Of a DNA stretch of 64,000 bases, positions 10,371 through 21,053 are shown in pieces. This DNA comes from an uncultured candidate division Zixibacteria bacterium (GTDB lineage Bacteria > Zixibacteria > MSB-5A5 > GN15 > FEB-12): the NCBI GenBank assembly GCA_963735035.1, contig CAVTJJ010000004.1, forward strand, positions 480,001 to 544,000, in the 5' to 3' direction. The notes beneath the pieces were generated by a model. It ran no database searches. It saw only the letters and a program-made list of their open reading frames with translations, and was not told the DNA's origin. The translations under genes were made by a program, and so were the position numbers. Numbering within the stretch: the first letter of the stretch is position 1; each line of letters begins with the position of its first letter.

Positions 10371-11615
10371 TCAGTCTTTGAGTAAGTTCACAGCCAAACC
10401 ATCGCGAAGTTTCGGTTCAAACCAGGTCGATTTCGGAGGCATCACATCACCCGCATCGGCCACCTTCAAGAGCTGCTCAATCGAGGTCGGATAAAGCGAG
10501 AAAGCAATCTTGTAGTCGCCCGAGTCGACCAATTTCATCAGCTCGCCGTTCCCTCGAATACCGCCGACAAAATCAATCCGCTTGTCAGTCTTCGGGTCGG
10601 TAATGCCGAACTGAGGAGCCAGGAGATTGTCGGCGAGGATCGACGCGTCAATCGCCTTGGTCGGATGAGCGGCGTCGAAACTTCCCGGCTTCGCTTCGAG
10701 ACGGTGCCAGCGACCCTCACAATAGACGCCAAACACGTGCACCTTCTCGGGCTCTACAGGCGTGCCGCTCGGAGTGACTTCAAAATGTTGTTTGGCTTTC
10801 TGCCAGACCTGGTCAAGGGTCATGCCGTTAAGGTCCTTGACGACCCGATTGTACGGCAGAATCCGAAGATCCCGGTCGGGGAACAGTACATTCAGGAAGA
10901 AGTTGTAAGTCTCGTTGCCCGTATGATGGGGGTTCTTCTCTTTGAACCTTCGGCACACTTCAGACGCCGATTGGCTCCGGTGATGGCCGTCGGCGATGTA
11001 CATGTATTTCAACTTCCCGAAGGCTGCAACCAAAGCATCGATAGTCGGTTGGTCGTTGACCACCCATAGTTCGTGGCGAACCGTGTCATCCGCCTCAAAG
11101 TCGATAGTCGGCGCCTGTGACGATATCTTCCTGAATAGCTGATCGATGGTGGGATCGAAACGAAAAGCCGTGAAGACCGGCCCCACCTGGGCTTCCAGAA
11201 TGCCTATATGGTCAGCGCGGTCGCGAACTTTCTCGGGTCGGGTGTGCTCGTGCTTCTTGATGATGCCGGCATCGTACTCCGCGACCGAAGTAAGCGCCGT
11301 CAGACCGGTCTGGCTGCGGCCACGCCAGGTGAGGCGATAGAGGTAGAAGCAGGGGTTGGCGTCCCGAATCATAACACCGGAATCGGCCAGACGCTGCAGG
11401 TTCTCTTTGCCGCGCAGATAGACCTCGCGGCTGTACGGATTGACACCGTCGTCGAAATCTATTTCGGACTTGTTGACGTGCAGGAACGAGTTGGGATTGC
11501 CCTTGGCCATAGCCCGTGCCTCCCGCGAATTGAGAACATCGTACGGGGGACACGCAACCTGTTTGGCCAACTCGGGTCTTGGGCGGAGACCACGAAAGGG
11601 GCGGACTGTCGCCAT
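10371..11615 (-). CDS. DUF1015 family protein
   Basis: PPYDV, IKKHEHT, YIADGHHR, MPPKSTWFEPKLR motifs; start MATVRPF at 11615. Confidence 0.9.
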   Translation of the reverse strand: MATVRPFRGLRPRPELAKQVACPPYDVLNSREARAMAKGNPNSFLHVNKSEIDFDDGVNPYSREVYLRGKENLQRLADSGVMIRDANPCFYLYRLTWRGRSQTGLTALTSVAEYDAGIIKKHEHTRPEKVRDRADHIGILEAQVGPVFTAFRFDPTIDQLFRKISSQAPTIDFEADDTVRHELWVVNDQPTIDALVAAFGKLKYMYIADGHHRSQSASEVCRRFKEKNPHHTGNETYNFFLNVLFPDRDLRILPYNRVVKDLNGMTLDQVWQKAKQHFEVTPSGTPVEPEKVHVFGVYCEGRWHRLEAKPGSFDAAHPTKAIDASILADNLLAPQFGITDPKTDKRIDFVGGIRGNGELMKLVDSGDYKIAFSLYPTSIEQLLKVADAGDVMPPKSTWFEPKLRDGLAVNLLKD

Positions 11616-12000
11616 CGAAAAAACCTCACTTCTCGCTGCTATAACAAAATCGCTACACTGCCCGGTAATAATAGCGGTTGGACGATCAATATCAATTGAA
11701 TTCGTGGCGCATGGGTGGTGTCTATGACAGCAAACGAGAAAATCAAGAGGCAGGCGAATTTCGTCACTGTTACATAGTATCTGAACGTAGGCAGCATGAA
11801 CCAGAAGCACACGTCGATAGACTAACGTCGGAGCAAGAATTGCCTACCTACGATGTCTGGTTTCGGCGAGCGCTTCTTAGCCCGAGAGGTGCACGAACGG
11901 TTCATGGTTGATGATCCCGGGCGGCGCGGGATCTGCGCCGCGATGTCTGTCTGGCGGTGATTTCCCCTCGTTCGGATCAGGGTCGAATTAGATCAAATGA

Positions 12001-12025
12001 AAAGGCCGGTGTATGACCGGCCTTC
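12001..12025 (-). terminator. Intrinsic terminator of the SWIB gene
   Basis: AAGGCCGGT-loop-ACCGGCCTT followed by TTT on the minus strand. Confidence 0.55.
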
Positions 12026-12048
12026 TTCGAAACAATCTGGAAGAAAGA

Positions 12049-12531
12049 CTACTTCATGTGCTTGGAGACCAACTTGGTCATCTCAAACATCGAAACTTTC
12101 TTCTTGCCGCCGAAGACGCGGGTCAGCTTGTCGTCGGCGTTGATCATCCGACGGTTGACCTTGTCCTGGAGCCCGTTCTTCTTGATATAGGCCCAGAGCT
12201 TCTTGGTCACTTCGGTCCGCGGTTTCGGATCGCCACCGACTACGGCGCCGAGATCGGCCGACAGGTTCATTGGGCGCATGAAAGCCGGATTCGGTTTCCG
12301 CTTTGCTTTGGCCTTCTTGGCTGCCGGTTTCTTCTTGGCTACCTTTTTCTTGGCAACCTTCTTCTTGGCTACCTTTTTCTTAGCCGGCTTCTTCTTAGCC
12401 ACCTTCTTCTTTGCAGGCTTCTTGCCAACTTTCTTCTTGGCGGCTTTTTTCTTCGCAGTCTTCTTCGCGGTCTTTTTCTTTGCGACTTTCTTCTTAGCGG
12501 TCTTCTTGACGGCTTTCTTCTTTGCTGGCAT
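12049..12531 (-). CDS. SWIB/MDM2-domain protein with histone H1-like Lys/Ala-rich N-terminus
   Basis: KKVAKKK/KKPAKKK repeats, then RTEVTKKLWAYIKKNGLQD...INADDKL...SMFEMTK SWIB core. Confidence 0.9.
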   Translation of the reverse strand: MPAKKKAVKKTAKKKVAKKKTAKKTAKKKAAKKKVGKKPAKKKVAKKKPAKKKVAKKKVAKKKVAKKKPAAKKAKAKRKPNPAFMRPMNLSADLGAVVGGDPKPRTEVTKKLWAYIKKNGLQDKVNRRMINADDKLTRVFGGKKKVSMFEMTKLVSKHMK

Positions 12532-12749
12532 CGTATGCTCCTTTAGCATTGGGTTTGGTTGTTATTCCCTGTTTCTCTATGCGCATCTGAATCAATGTCG
12601 TTCTCTTCATGAACGCATTTCTTCTTCTTATGAAACAAAGAAACAATGCAGTTTAATCTTTTTGCAAGAAAAAATTATTGCATTCGGCAGTATTTTTTTC
12701 ACGACGCCCTGCTTGTCTTCGTTTGCTTACATCTTCGACGCGTCGCATG

Positions 12750-13943
12750 CTAGCCGCATCGCAGTTCCACCAGAGGCGCTTCGGTAGGACATCCCAGACG
12801 GAACGGGAACCAGTGCCCCGCTCCACAGGTGGTGTATAGACGCGATGTGTCTATCGTGTATTCTCCCCATAGGTAGCCGTGCGGGAGGAATTCCTCCAGT
12901 GCGGAACGCCCGTCGAATCCTATCTGTCCGCCATGGGTGTGACCCGCCAGCGTGAGGTCCACCCGACGCTCCGCGGCATAGGGGAAAACGTCGGGTCGAT
13001 GACTCATCAGCACGGTGAATGTACCGGCAGGGGAGCCCTCGAGAGTAGCGCTAAGGCAGCGCGGGAAAAAGTCTTTGTTCACTGACGCGAGCCGTATCGG
13101 GTCGTCCAGTCCACCGAGGAGAAACACGATTCCATCCGATTTGACCACTACGTGCTGGTTCACCAGCAGAGGAACGGGTGACTTGGCATAGGCGGCTTTT
13201 ACCTCGGCGACACCGCGGAAATACTCGTGATTCCCCAGGGTGGCATAGCAGCCCAGCCGTGGGTACAGGGTGTGAATCAGATCGATCGCAGCCGGGAGAA
13301 TGCGGAGATCGTCCGAGACGTCCCCGGTCACCAGCACCAGATCGGGCGAGTGCGTTCTCGCTTCGGCGAGAATCCGCTCCAGATTGTCAAGCGAGGTATA
13401 GTGCCCCAGGTGAAGATCGGATAGCTGCAGGATGCGGAGCCCGTCGAGAGCGGGCGGAAGGTCTTTGAATCGAAAAGTCATAGGGCGGATGCGAGCATCG
13501 GCATAGGCAGCGCTTACCCCGGTGAGCCCGGACGTGATCGTTACCAGCGGCACTGCCGCCGCCGCGCTCTTGAGGAATATGCGACGCTTAGTGTCTGGTA
13601 CGTCATCTGGGTATTTAGCTTCTCGTCTGCGGGTCAGTAATCGCTCGATCTGATGCATCGCCCCTGAGACGGGAAGCGAGAGCATGAGCGCCATTTCGAG
13701 CACCACCGCCACGACGGCCAGCGGCGCCGCGACGGTTGAAAGCAGTCCTATCTGATGGTATGTCCCCACGCCGACCAGGATCATTGATACTACCCCGACA
13801 ATGGGCAGGGACCAGGCCGAGCGGCGAATCCATTTCTTTTCCCACCAGACCCGGTTGAGCTTGCGGAGTAACAATAGCTGTATCACCCCGAAAATCAGGA
13901 TGACAATGGAGACGAAGATGATGAAAAAGAAGATCTTAATCAT
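12750..13943 (-). CDS. Membrane-anchored metallophosphoesterase (YkuE/YaeI-like)
   Basis: Three TM helices; SDLH, TGD, GNHE, SHRP, GHTHGGQ motifs. Confidence 0.9.
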   Translation of the reverse strand: MIKIFFFIIFVSIVILIFGVIQLLLLRKLNRVWWEKKWIRRSAWSLPIVGVVSMILVGVGTYHQIGLLSTVAAPLAVVAVVLEMALMLSLPVSGAMHQIERLLTRRREAKYPDDVPDTKRRIFLKSAAAAVPLVTITSGLTGVSAAYADARIRPMTFRFKDLPPALDGLRILQLSDLHLGHYTSLDNLERILAEARTHSPDLVLVTGDVSDDLRILPAAIDLIHTLYPRLGCYATLGNHEYFRGVAEVKAAYAKSPVPLLVNQHVVVKSDGIVFLLGGLDDPIRLASVNKDFFPRCLSATLEGSPAGTFTVLMSHRPDVFPYAAERRVDLTLAGHTHGGQIGFDGRSALEEFLPHGYLWGEYTIDTSRLYTTCGAGHWFPFRLGCPTEAPLVELRCG

Positions 13944-14068
13944 TGCGAAAAGGGCCGGCACGTTGCCGCACCGGCCGGTTTCCATTTCTTCTGCGCAGTA
14001 TCGAACATCCCTGCCTGACAGCGGTTATACGCACCGACCGCGGCCCGGGTTGCGTAATTTGGTTCGCA

Positions 14069-14460
14069 GGTAGGTCGGGTTCACGAGTCGTTCGCAGAGC
14101 GAACGACGAGCAACCCGACACCATTAAAGTCACACTGAGCTTGTCGAAGTGTGATTCCGCTATCAACCGGTGTCGGGTTGTTCGAATTTCGCTTCGCTCA
14201 ATTCTCATGAACCCGACCTACGATTCCATCCACGGCAGGCACAGAGGCCTGCCGATCACGCGGCGAAGGTTGTGTCAGTTCCTGCTCCGTGCCCGCCGGA
14301 GGCGGGGACGGAGTGTGAACTGACACGTTGTCGGTCCGCAATTTCACGCGTCAGGTCACACCGCCTCCGACTTCGTCGGCGTCGGCAAGACCCGACGCAA
14401 CAGTGAATGCGGCAGATGTGGACATCTGCCGGGCACGTGTAGTGCGTGATCGGCAGGGTT
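14069..14460. repeat. REP mosaic (GTAG-GTCGGGTT...AACCCGAC-CTAC doublet plus GGCAGATGTGGACATCTGCC)
   Basis: Inverted palindrome pairs; related copies at 21358-21410 and 51098-51150. Confidence 0.7.
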
Positions 14461-14481
14461 CCATCCCTGCCGGTCGTTCAC

Positions 14482-15997
<1,516 letters not shown>

Positions 15998-16143
15998 GGG
16001 AGGGTTCTCCTGTTATGTGAGAGCTTGCATATTTTGATCTTATACGCCGGCCGGGGGCTGGGCGATTGTACGCCGTCACACGGGTATTCTCCCGACCGGG
16101 ACGACCAAGATAGGTGACGGGTGCAAAGAAGGCAAGAGGGGGG

Positions 16144-16551
16144 TTAGTCGAGGAATTCAAGAAGGCGCAGAGTCAGGTAGTCTACATCTCTCGTTTGACA
16201 TTCCCAAACCACTAAGTAGTTCCAGCCCATGGCATGAAGTCGGCGGTGGTTACGGTGATCCCTTGCGACGTTGGAGCGGCGCTTGGAAGCCCAATAGACA
16301 GGATTCGTCTGAGGGGTTACCATGCCTCGGCGGCAACAGTGCATGTGCCAGAAGCACCCATTCACAAAAATGACCTTCTTATGTCGCGGAAAGACGATGT
16401 CTGGTTTTCCAGGGAGATTTGTGACGTGAAGGCGATATCGAAATCCAATGCAGTGGGCAAACCGACGCACCACCATTTCTGGCTTTGTGTCAACGGAGCG
16501 TATCGCCTTCATGTTCTTGCGACGCTCCGTTGCTGTCAAATTATCTGCCAT
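16144..16551 (-). CDS. vsr: Very short patch repair endonuclease
   Basis: DTKPE, LPGKPD, FVNGCFWH, VVWEC motifs. Confidence 0.93.
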   Translation of the reverse strand: MADNLTATERRKNMKAIRSVDTKPEMVVRRFAHCIGFRYRLHVTNLPGKPDIVFPRHKKVIFVNGCFWHMHCCRRGMVTPQTNPVYWASKRRSNVARDHRNHRRLHAMGWNYLVVWECQTRDVDYLTLRLLEFLD

Positions 16552-16558
16552 CGACGGA

Positions 16559-17527
16559 TTACACTGCGAAATCCATGTAGTAGGTTTCGTCGTCTATCTT
16601 GTAGAAGACAACATCTGTGCGGCCATATCGCTCAAGATGTTCCCTGAGCAGATACGTTCCTAAAGGGACAGAAAGTCGATTTCTGAAGTACTCACCCAAG
16701 AGACTGTTGTTGTGAGGGGTGTGAATTGCCTTATCATTGTCTTGCGCGCGCGAACAAATGAATACTTTCCCATCATCCGTTAGAACCGTAAACTGAATAG
16801 CCTTCGGAGGGAAGAAGTCTGACTTGTATACTTCGGCACGCAAATTGATATAAGCCTGATTCGGCTCGCGCCCTTCCCGTTGTCCCCAATTGAGACCAGA
16901 GTGCGTGCCAAGTTCACCTGTACGTGTAACAAATGAAACACGCACAGACCGCAACCCGACTACATTTGGTGAGACCGCATCCATTTCCTCTGTCGCTGTC
17001 CTTATCAGTTCTCGGCGGCGTCTGTAAAGGTCCTCATTGAAGACAGTTACAAATGCCTCGGCATCTTGATGCGTGCAGTAAATGGTCTCATTGCACAACT
17101 CTTGGTAATAGCGGCGCGCATCTTCGGCTGGAGCCATCGTCAGGGCTTCTCTTTGGTTTTCTCCGAATGCGGTCTGAGTATAATTAGCCGATCCAACATA
17201 GGCAGACAACGGTCTGTCTTCGCGAAGCCAGATATATACCTTTGAATGCGCGGGTGGACGTTTGACGAGATAACTACACTCAAAGATTCCCGGGAAATCT
17301 TGCTCAACAAGTTTGCATAACCCTCTGTGATTTCCAACAGTCAAGCCGTCGACTGGACACATACCAACGATGAGCCCGACTCTAATGTTATCACGAATGG
17401 TCTTGGCTTCAGAAATGTGCCTAAATGCCATGGCTGCAGTCGCATACCCGGATACAACAAGGAGTTCATCTGCCCCTTGACGCAACGGGTCTATGAGAAC
17501 CCGTTCATAAAGATCTGTCACAATCAT
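16559..17527 (-). CDS. PLD-family (NgoFVII-like) restriction endonuclease
   Basis: VSGYAT, HSKVY, GSANYT PLD motifs; SGLNWG C-terminal region; lies between MTase and vsr. Confidence 0.8.
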   Translation of the reverse strand: MIVTDLYERVLIDPLRQGADELLVVSGYATAAMAFRHISEAKTIRDNIRVGLIVGMCPVDGLTVGNHRGLCKLVEQDFPGIFECSYLVKRPPAHSKVYIWLREDRPLSAYVGSANYTQTAFGENQREALTMAPAEDARRYYQELCNETIYCTHQDAEAFVTVFNEDLYRRRRELIRTATEEMDAVSPNVVGLRSVRVSFVTRTGELGTHSGLNWGQREGREPNQAYINLRAEVYKSDFFPPKAIQFTVLTDDGKVFICSRAQDNDKAIHTPHNNSLLGEYFRNRLSVPLGTYLLREHLERYGRTDVVFYKIDDETYYMDFAV

Positions 17528-18618
17528 ACCAACAATGCCTTGTCTACTGGTACTGACATATTAGCCTCGACGTATTCATATGGCACACCCGCAAGACTCT
17601 TTAGAATAGCTTCAAACACAACCTTGGCACCAAGCGGAGGGACTGCCATTCCGATCTGCTTTCTTACACTCTCCTTGGATCCGCAGAAGATGAAATCATC
17701 TGGAAAGGTTTGTAACCTTGCTCTTTCGCGGTTAGTTAGAGCCCGATTTTCTTTCCAATGGTAGACATGTGTGCCGCCCCCCCCGCTGCCTGTCACCGTG
17801 TAAGAAGGCTTATCTGGATGCAGACGCTTATATATCTGGCTAATACGTGCTCCGGTAATGTTAAGCTGTAGATTTTGTGGCACATTGGCTGTGAAGGCGT
17901 TCTCTCCGGGCTTTATGTATTTCAACCGCTCGATTACCACAGGTGATTGTTTTGTGAAGTCGTGGTTGGGGGCATCTACAGCAATCGGCGGGTCAGTAAG
18001 CGCTTTTCGGCTAGAGATGTCTGCTTCGGTGAAACGACTCGGCGACGGTACTTGATACTTGATATCAATATCGTCTCTGATTCCTACAATAAGAATCCTG
18101 TGGCGCGTTTGCGGGACGCCGTATTGCTCGAACTTATATAGGTTTGGATATAGGCGGTATCCTTTGTGGATAAACGCCAGCATAATTGCCTCAAGCGCAT
18201 TACCATCGTTCGAATTCCTCAGCCCCCCGACATTCTCAGCTAAGAACCACGTAGGTCTAAAATGGGCCAGAGCAAGCGCGCAGTACTTGTATAGCGGCCC
18301 AAATACTCCGTCCGTGCCTTTCTGCTCGCCGACAACGCTGAAATCGTTGCAGGGAAAGCCGAACGCAAGCGCATCGACGGGGGAAATCTTGTCGAGAACC
18401 CTAAAGTCCAGCTTTCTAATGTCCTTGCAGACCACTCTTCGTTTGTCTTCTGTTGATAAATTCTTGCGATAGGTTTCGCACGTGTCTTTGTCGTAGTCTG
18501 TTGCCCAGGCTAATCCGACCGCGTGAGCCTTTGTGGTTCCTGTAGCTCCCGCCAATTTGGCCCCCAGCCCCAACCCGCCGGGCCCGCAAAAGAGTTCACC
18601 TAACTTGTAAATCATCAC
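17524..18618 (-). CDS. dcm: DNA (cytosine-5) methyltransferase
   Basis: Motifs I FCGPGG, IV GFPC, VI ENV, VIII QTRHR, IX RERARLQTFPD, X QIGMAVPP. Confidence 0.95.
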   Translation of the reverse strand: MMIYKLGELFCGPGGLGLGAKLAGATGTTKAHAVGLAWATDYDKDTCETYRKNLSTEDKRRVVCKDIRKLDFRVLDKISPVDALAFGFPCNDFSVVGEQKGTDGVFGPLYKYCALALAHFRPTWFLAENVGGLRNSNDGNALEAIMLAFIHKGYRLYPNLYKFEQYGVPQTRHRILIVGIRDDIDIKYQVPSPSRFTEADISSRKALTDPPIAVDAPNHDFTKQSPVVIERLKYIKPGENAFTANVPQNLQLNITGARISQIYKRLHPDKPSYTVTGSGGGGTHVYHWKENRALTNRERARLQTFPDDFIFCGSKESVRKQIGMAVPPLGAKVVFEAILKSLAGVPYEYVEANMSVPVDKALLV

Positions 18619-18800
18619 AGTATATTACTACTTTCCGGCGGCTTCGGTCTAATTACTGGGCGTGGTATTCCAAGATTGACTAGCCCATCCAACCCTATAC
18701 ATAGTAGCGGGCGTGCGGTAAGAAAGTCAATCACAAACTAATTGTTGTAGGGCCCATCCCCCCCTATATTCCCCGGCACACGCGTATCAGGAAAAAGATT

Positions 18801-19661
18801 ATGACAGACTATAAATCAGAAGAAGCCGACAAGCTCCTCGGCCAGGAATTCAAAGTCCTCGACCACGGGTTCGTCCGACTCGTCGATTTCATGGGCGACG
18901 ACGGCGCCATTGTCCAGGCCGCCCGGGTCAGCTACGGCAAAGGGACCAAGAAAGTCTCCCGCGACCGCGAGCTCATCCGCTACCTGCTCGGCCACCAGCA
19001 CACGTCGCCGTTCGAAATGGTCGAGTTCAAGTTTCATGTCAAGCTCCCCATTTTTGTCGCGCGGCAGTGGATTCGCCACCGGACCGCCAATGTCAACGAA
19101 TACTCCGGCCGCTACTCGGTCATGAAAGAGGAATTCTACCAGCCGGAACCCGACCAGATCAGGCTGCAGTCCGAGGTCAACAAGCAGGGGCGCTCCGATG
19201 ACCCCGCACCGGCCGAACTTCGCGACGACTTCCTCACGCACTCAACCGAAATGCAGAAGCGGGCGTACGAGAAGTACAACGGATACCTTACGGCCGGTCT
19301 CGCCCGCGAACTGGCGCGAGTCAATCTGCCGCTCTCGCTTTACACCGAGTGGTATTGGAAGATCGACCTGCACAATCTGATGCATTTCCTGAAGCTTCGG
19401 ATCGACCCTCACGCCCAGTACGAAATCCGTCAGTACGCCCTCGCCATGGGGGAGATAGTCAAGGTCGTCTGCCCGATCACGTGGGAGGCGTTCGAGGATT
19501 ACATTCTGAAAGCGCAGCGCTTCTCGGCGATCGAGTTACGCATTCTCAAGAAGACGCTCGACGGTTTTGCGTCGAATCAAGAAGCGCTGGTGGAGGCGGG
19601 GCTGTCGACGCTTGAAGCGGCAGAGTTTATCGACAAGCTGGGGAAGATTAAGAAGTTGTAG
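18801..19661 (+). CDS. thyX: FAD-dependent thymidylate synthase
   Basis: AARVSY, HTSPFE, RQWIRHR...NEYSGRY, RELAR..LP, HAQYEIR motifs. Confidence 0.97.
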   Translation: MTDYKSEEADKLLGQEFKVLDHGFVRLVDFMGDDGAIVQAARVSYGKGTKKVSRDRELIRYLLGHQHTSPFEMVEFKFHVKLPIFVARQWIRHRTANVNEYSGRYSVMKEEFYQPEPDQIRLQSEVNKQGRSDDPAPAELRDDFLTHSTEMQKRAYEKYNGYLTAGLARELARVNLPLSLYTEWYWKIDLHNLMHFLKLRIDPHAQYEIRQYALAMGEIVKVVCPITWEAFEDYILKAQRFSAIELRILKKTLDGFASNQEALVEAGLSTLEAAEFIDKLGKIKKL

Positions 19662-19770
19662 TCGATTGGCGGGTTTGAAGCAAACCCGTACTACCTGTCC
19701 TGCCCCGGCTTGACCGGGGCACCCAAGGGTTGTGAGTCGACTCTTACGTGTAATTACATCAATAGAGTAG

Positions 19771-20200
19771 ACGGCCGCCAGGCCGTCACACCGGTGTAAA
19801 CCGGTGCCCAGTTGTGATGGCAGAATCGTTGCCGTAAATGTTGGCAATTACCGTCGCAGGGATTGATCGAACATAAGCGGTAGCTCCTCGTCTAAAACAA
19901 CTGGGTTCTGGCTTCCGCCAGAATGACGGGGCTGTCGCCCTGTTATAACGATGGCGTTGGCTTGTAGGTCAGGCGGACTCGACGCCTGACGGCACGCCAT
20001 CGGCGGCCCTTTTCATGGACGGAGCGCCAGTTCCGTCATGCCCGAGTAGTCGGGCACCCATGACCACTCGCGGTTGCAAAAGAGCTTACGCTTCACAGGA
20101 GGAAGAGAGTTCGATCGGAAATGTTCCTTCCCCAGTGGAGCAATACATATTCTTACAGCATCGGCTACCATGGGCCCCCGACGTCTCGGGGGTGACGGGG
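19771..20200. repeat. Two GTCA-hairpin...hairpin-TGAC palindromic elements plus a REP
   Basis: 19771-19930 and 20033-20200 share end architecture with the 31.2-33.3 kb and 51.2-51.7 kb repeats. Confidence 0.65.
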
Positions 20201-20230
20201 CGGACGCTCCGTTATAGCGATGGCGTTGGT

Positions 20231-20302
20231 TCGTAGGTCAGGCGGACTTGACGCCTGACGTGGCGAGGCGAAAATGTCAGGCCCCGAGTTGGCCTGACCT
20301 AC
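20231..20302. repeat. REP doublet (REPIN-like) GTAGGTCAGGCGG...GGCCTGACCTAC
   Basis: Near-identical copies at 20931-21053 and 38563-38740. Confidence 0.75.
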
Positions 20303-20480
20303 TGGGATAAGCACCCCGTCTTCTTGTGGCAGTTGCAGAATTGAGACGTGAGTATCTGTCACCTGAAATTATTGCGTATGCGAGATACTCAAAGAAGTCC
20401 GGTACGCAAAAAGTCTTTCATAACAACTGTTAATATCGACGGGCGATTCACGAATTGGGGACGGACAAGCTACATATTCC

Positions 20481-20509
20481 TTGACAGGAGGAGCCGTCCG
20501 AATTATCTT
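20481..20509 (+). promoter_or_regulatory. Sigma70-type promoter TTGACA-N17-TATCTT
   Basis: Consensus -35, 17-nt spacer; the same -10 hexamer occurs at three other intergenic sites. Confidence 0.7.
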
Positions 20510-20514
20510 GGCAT

Positions 20515-20868
20515 TAGTCGGGGACCGACTGCCTAATTTTAGGTGTTGGTCGCCGCAGGACGATTGGACGATTGAAAGGTAAACCGCAGAGGGAGTACGT
20601 TGGAAGATTGATAAAGCTCCACCATCTTCAGATTGATCCTTGGTTAAACCACCCACCTATCTAATTAATCAAGGTCATGGTACCCCTTGCGGTTTACCTC
20701 GTCTAAACCGCTGTCCTGAACGCCATACTTAAGAACCTGACTGAGTCAGCGGGTCCAAGTTAGAAATCTTGGCCTGTGGAGACAGGGTCATCGGTACGCA
20801 TGGTTCGGTATGCGACGTTACTAATTCGTGGGACGTCGGATGGCTGGGGTTGTTCGGCACCACCACAT
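20515..20868 (+). ncRNA. Putative large structured non-coding RNA (unassigned family)
   Basis: Bounded by promoter and terminator; no credible ORF; multiple long complementary helices. Confidence 0.6.
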
Positions 20869-20905
20869 AAGATGGTCCTGCTTCGGCAGGGCCATCTTTC
20901 TTTTT
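20869..20905 (+). terminator. Intrinsic terminator
   Basis: AAGATGGTCCTGC-TTCG-GCAGGGCCATCTT followed by TCTTTTT. Confidence 0.85.
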
Positions 20906-20930
20906 GTGCGAGGAAGTGTGGTGCAAGTTC

Positions 20931-21053
20931 GTAGGTCAGGCGGACTTGACGCCTGACGTGGCGAGGCGAAGTTGTTAGGCCCCGAGTCGGCCTGACCTAC
21001 GAAGTGTTCTCGGGCGAGGCGAAGATGTCAGGCCCCGAGTAGGCCTGACCTAC
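20931..21053. repeat. REP doublet cluster
   Basis: GTAGGTCAGGC...GCCTGACCTAC palindromes. Confidence 0.75.

Noticed and set aside
12013..12787. Hydrophobic Phe/Leu-rich ORFs
   Set aside because: Antisense read-out of the Lys-rich repeats in the SWIB gene
20515..20868. tmRNA, RNase P, SRP RNA, tRNA or retron msr-msd
   Set aside because: No tRNA-like T-arm/acceptor ends, no GAGGAAAGTCC, no SRP GGAAGGAAGCAGC loop, no adjacent reverse transcriptase
20369..20926. Short minus-strand ORFs 20369-20656 and 20729-20926
   Set aside because: No recognisable motifs or RBS; promoter and terminator point to a plus-strand transcript
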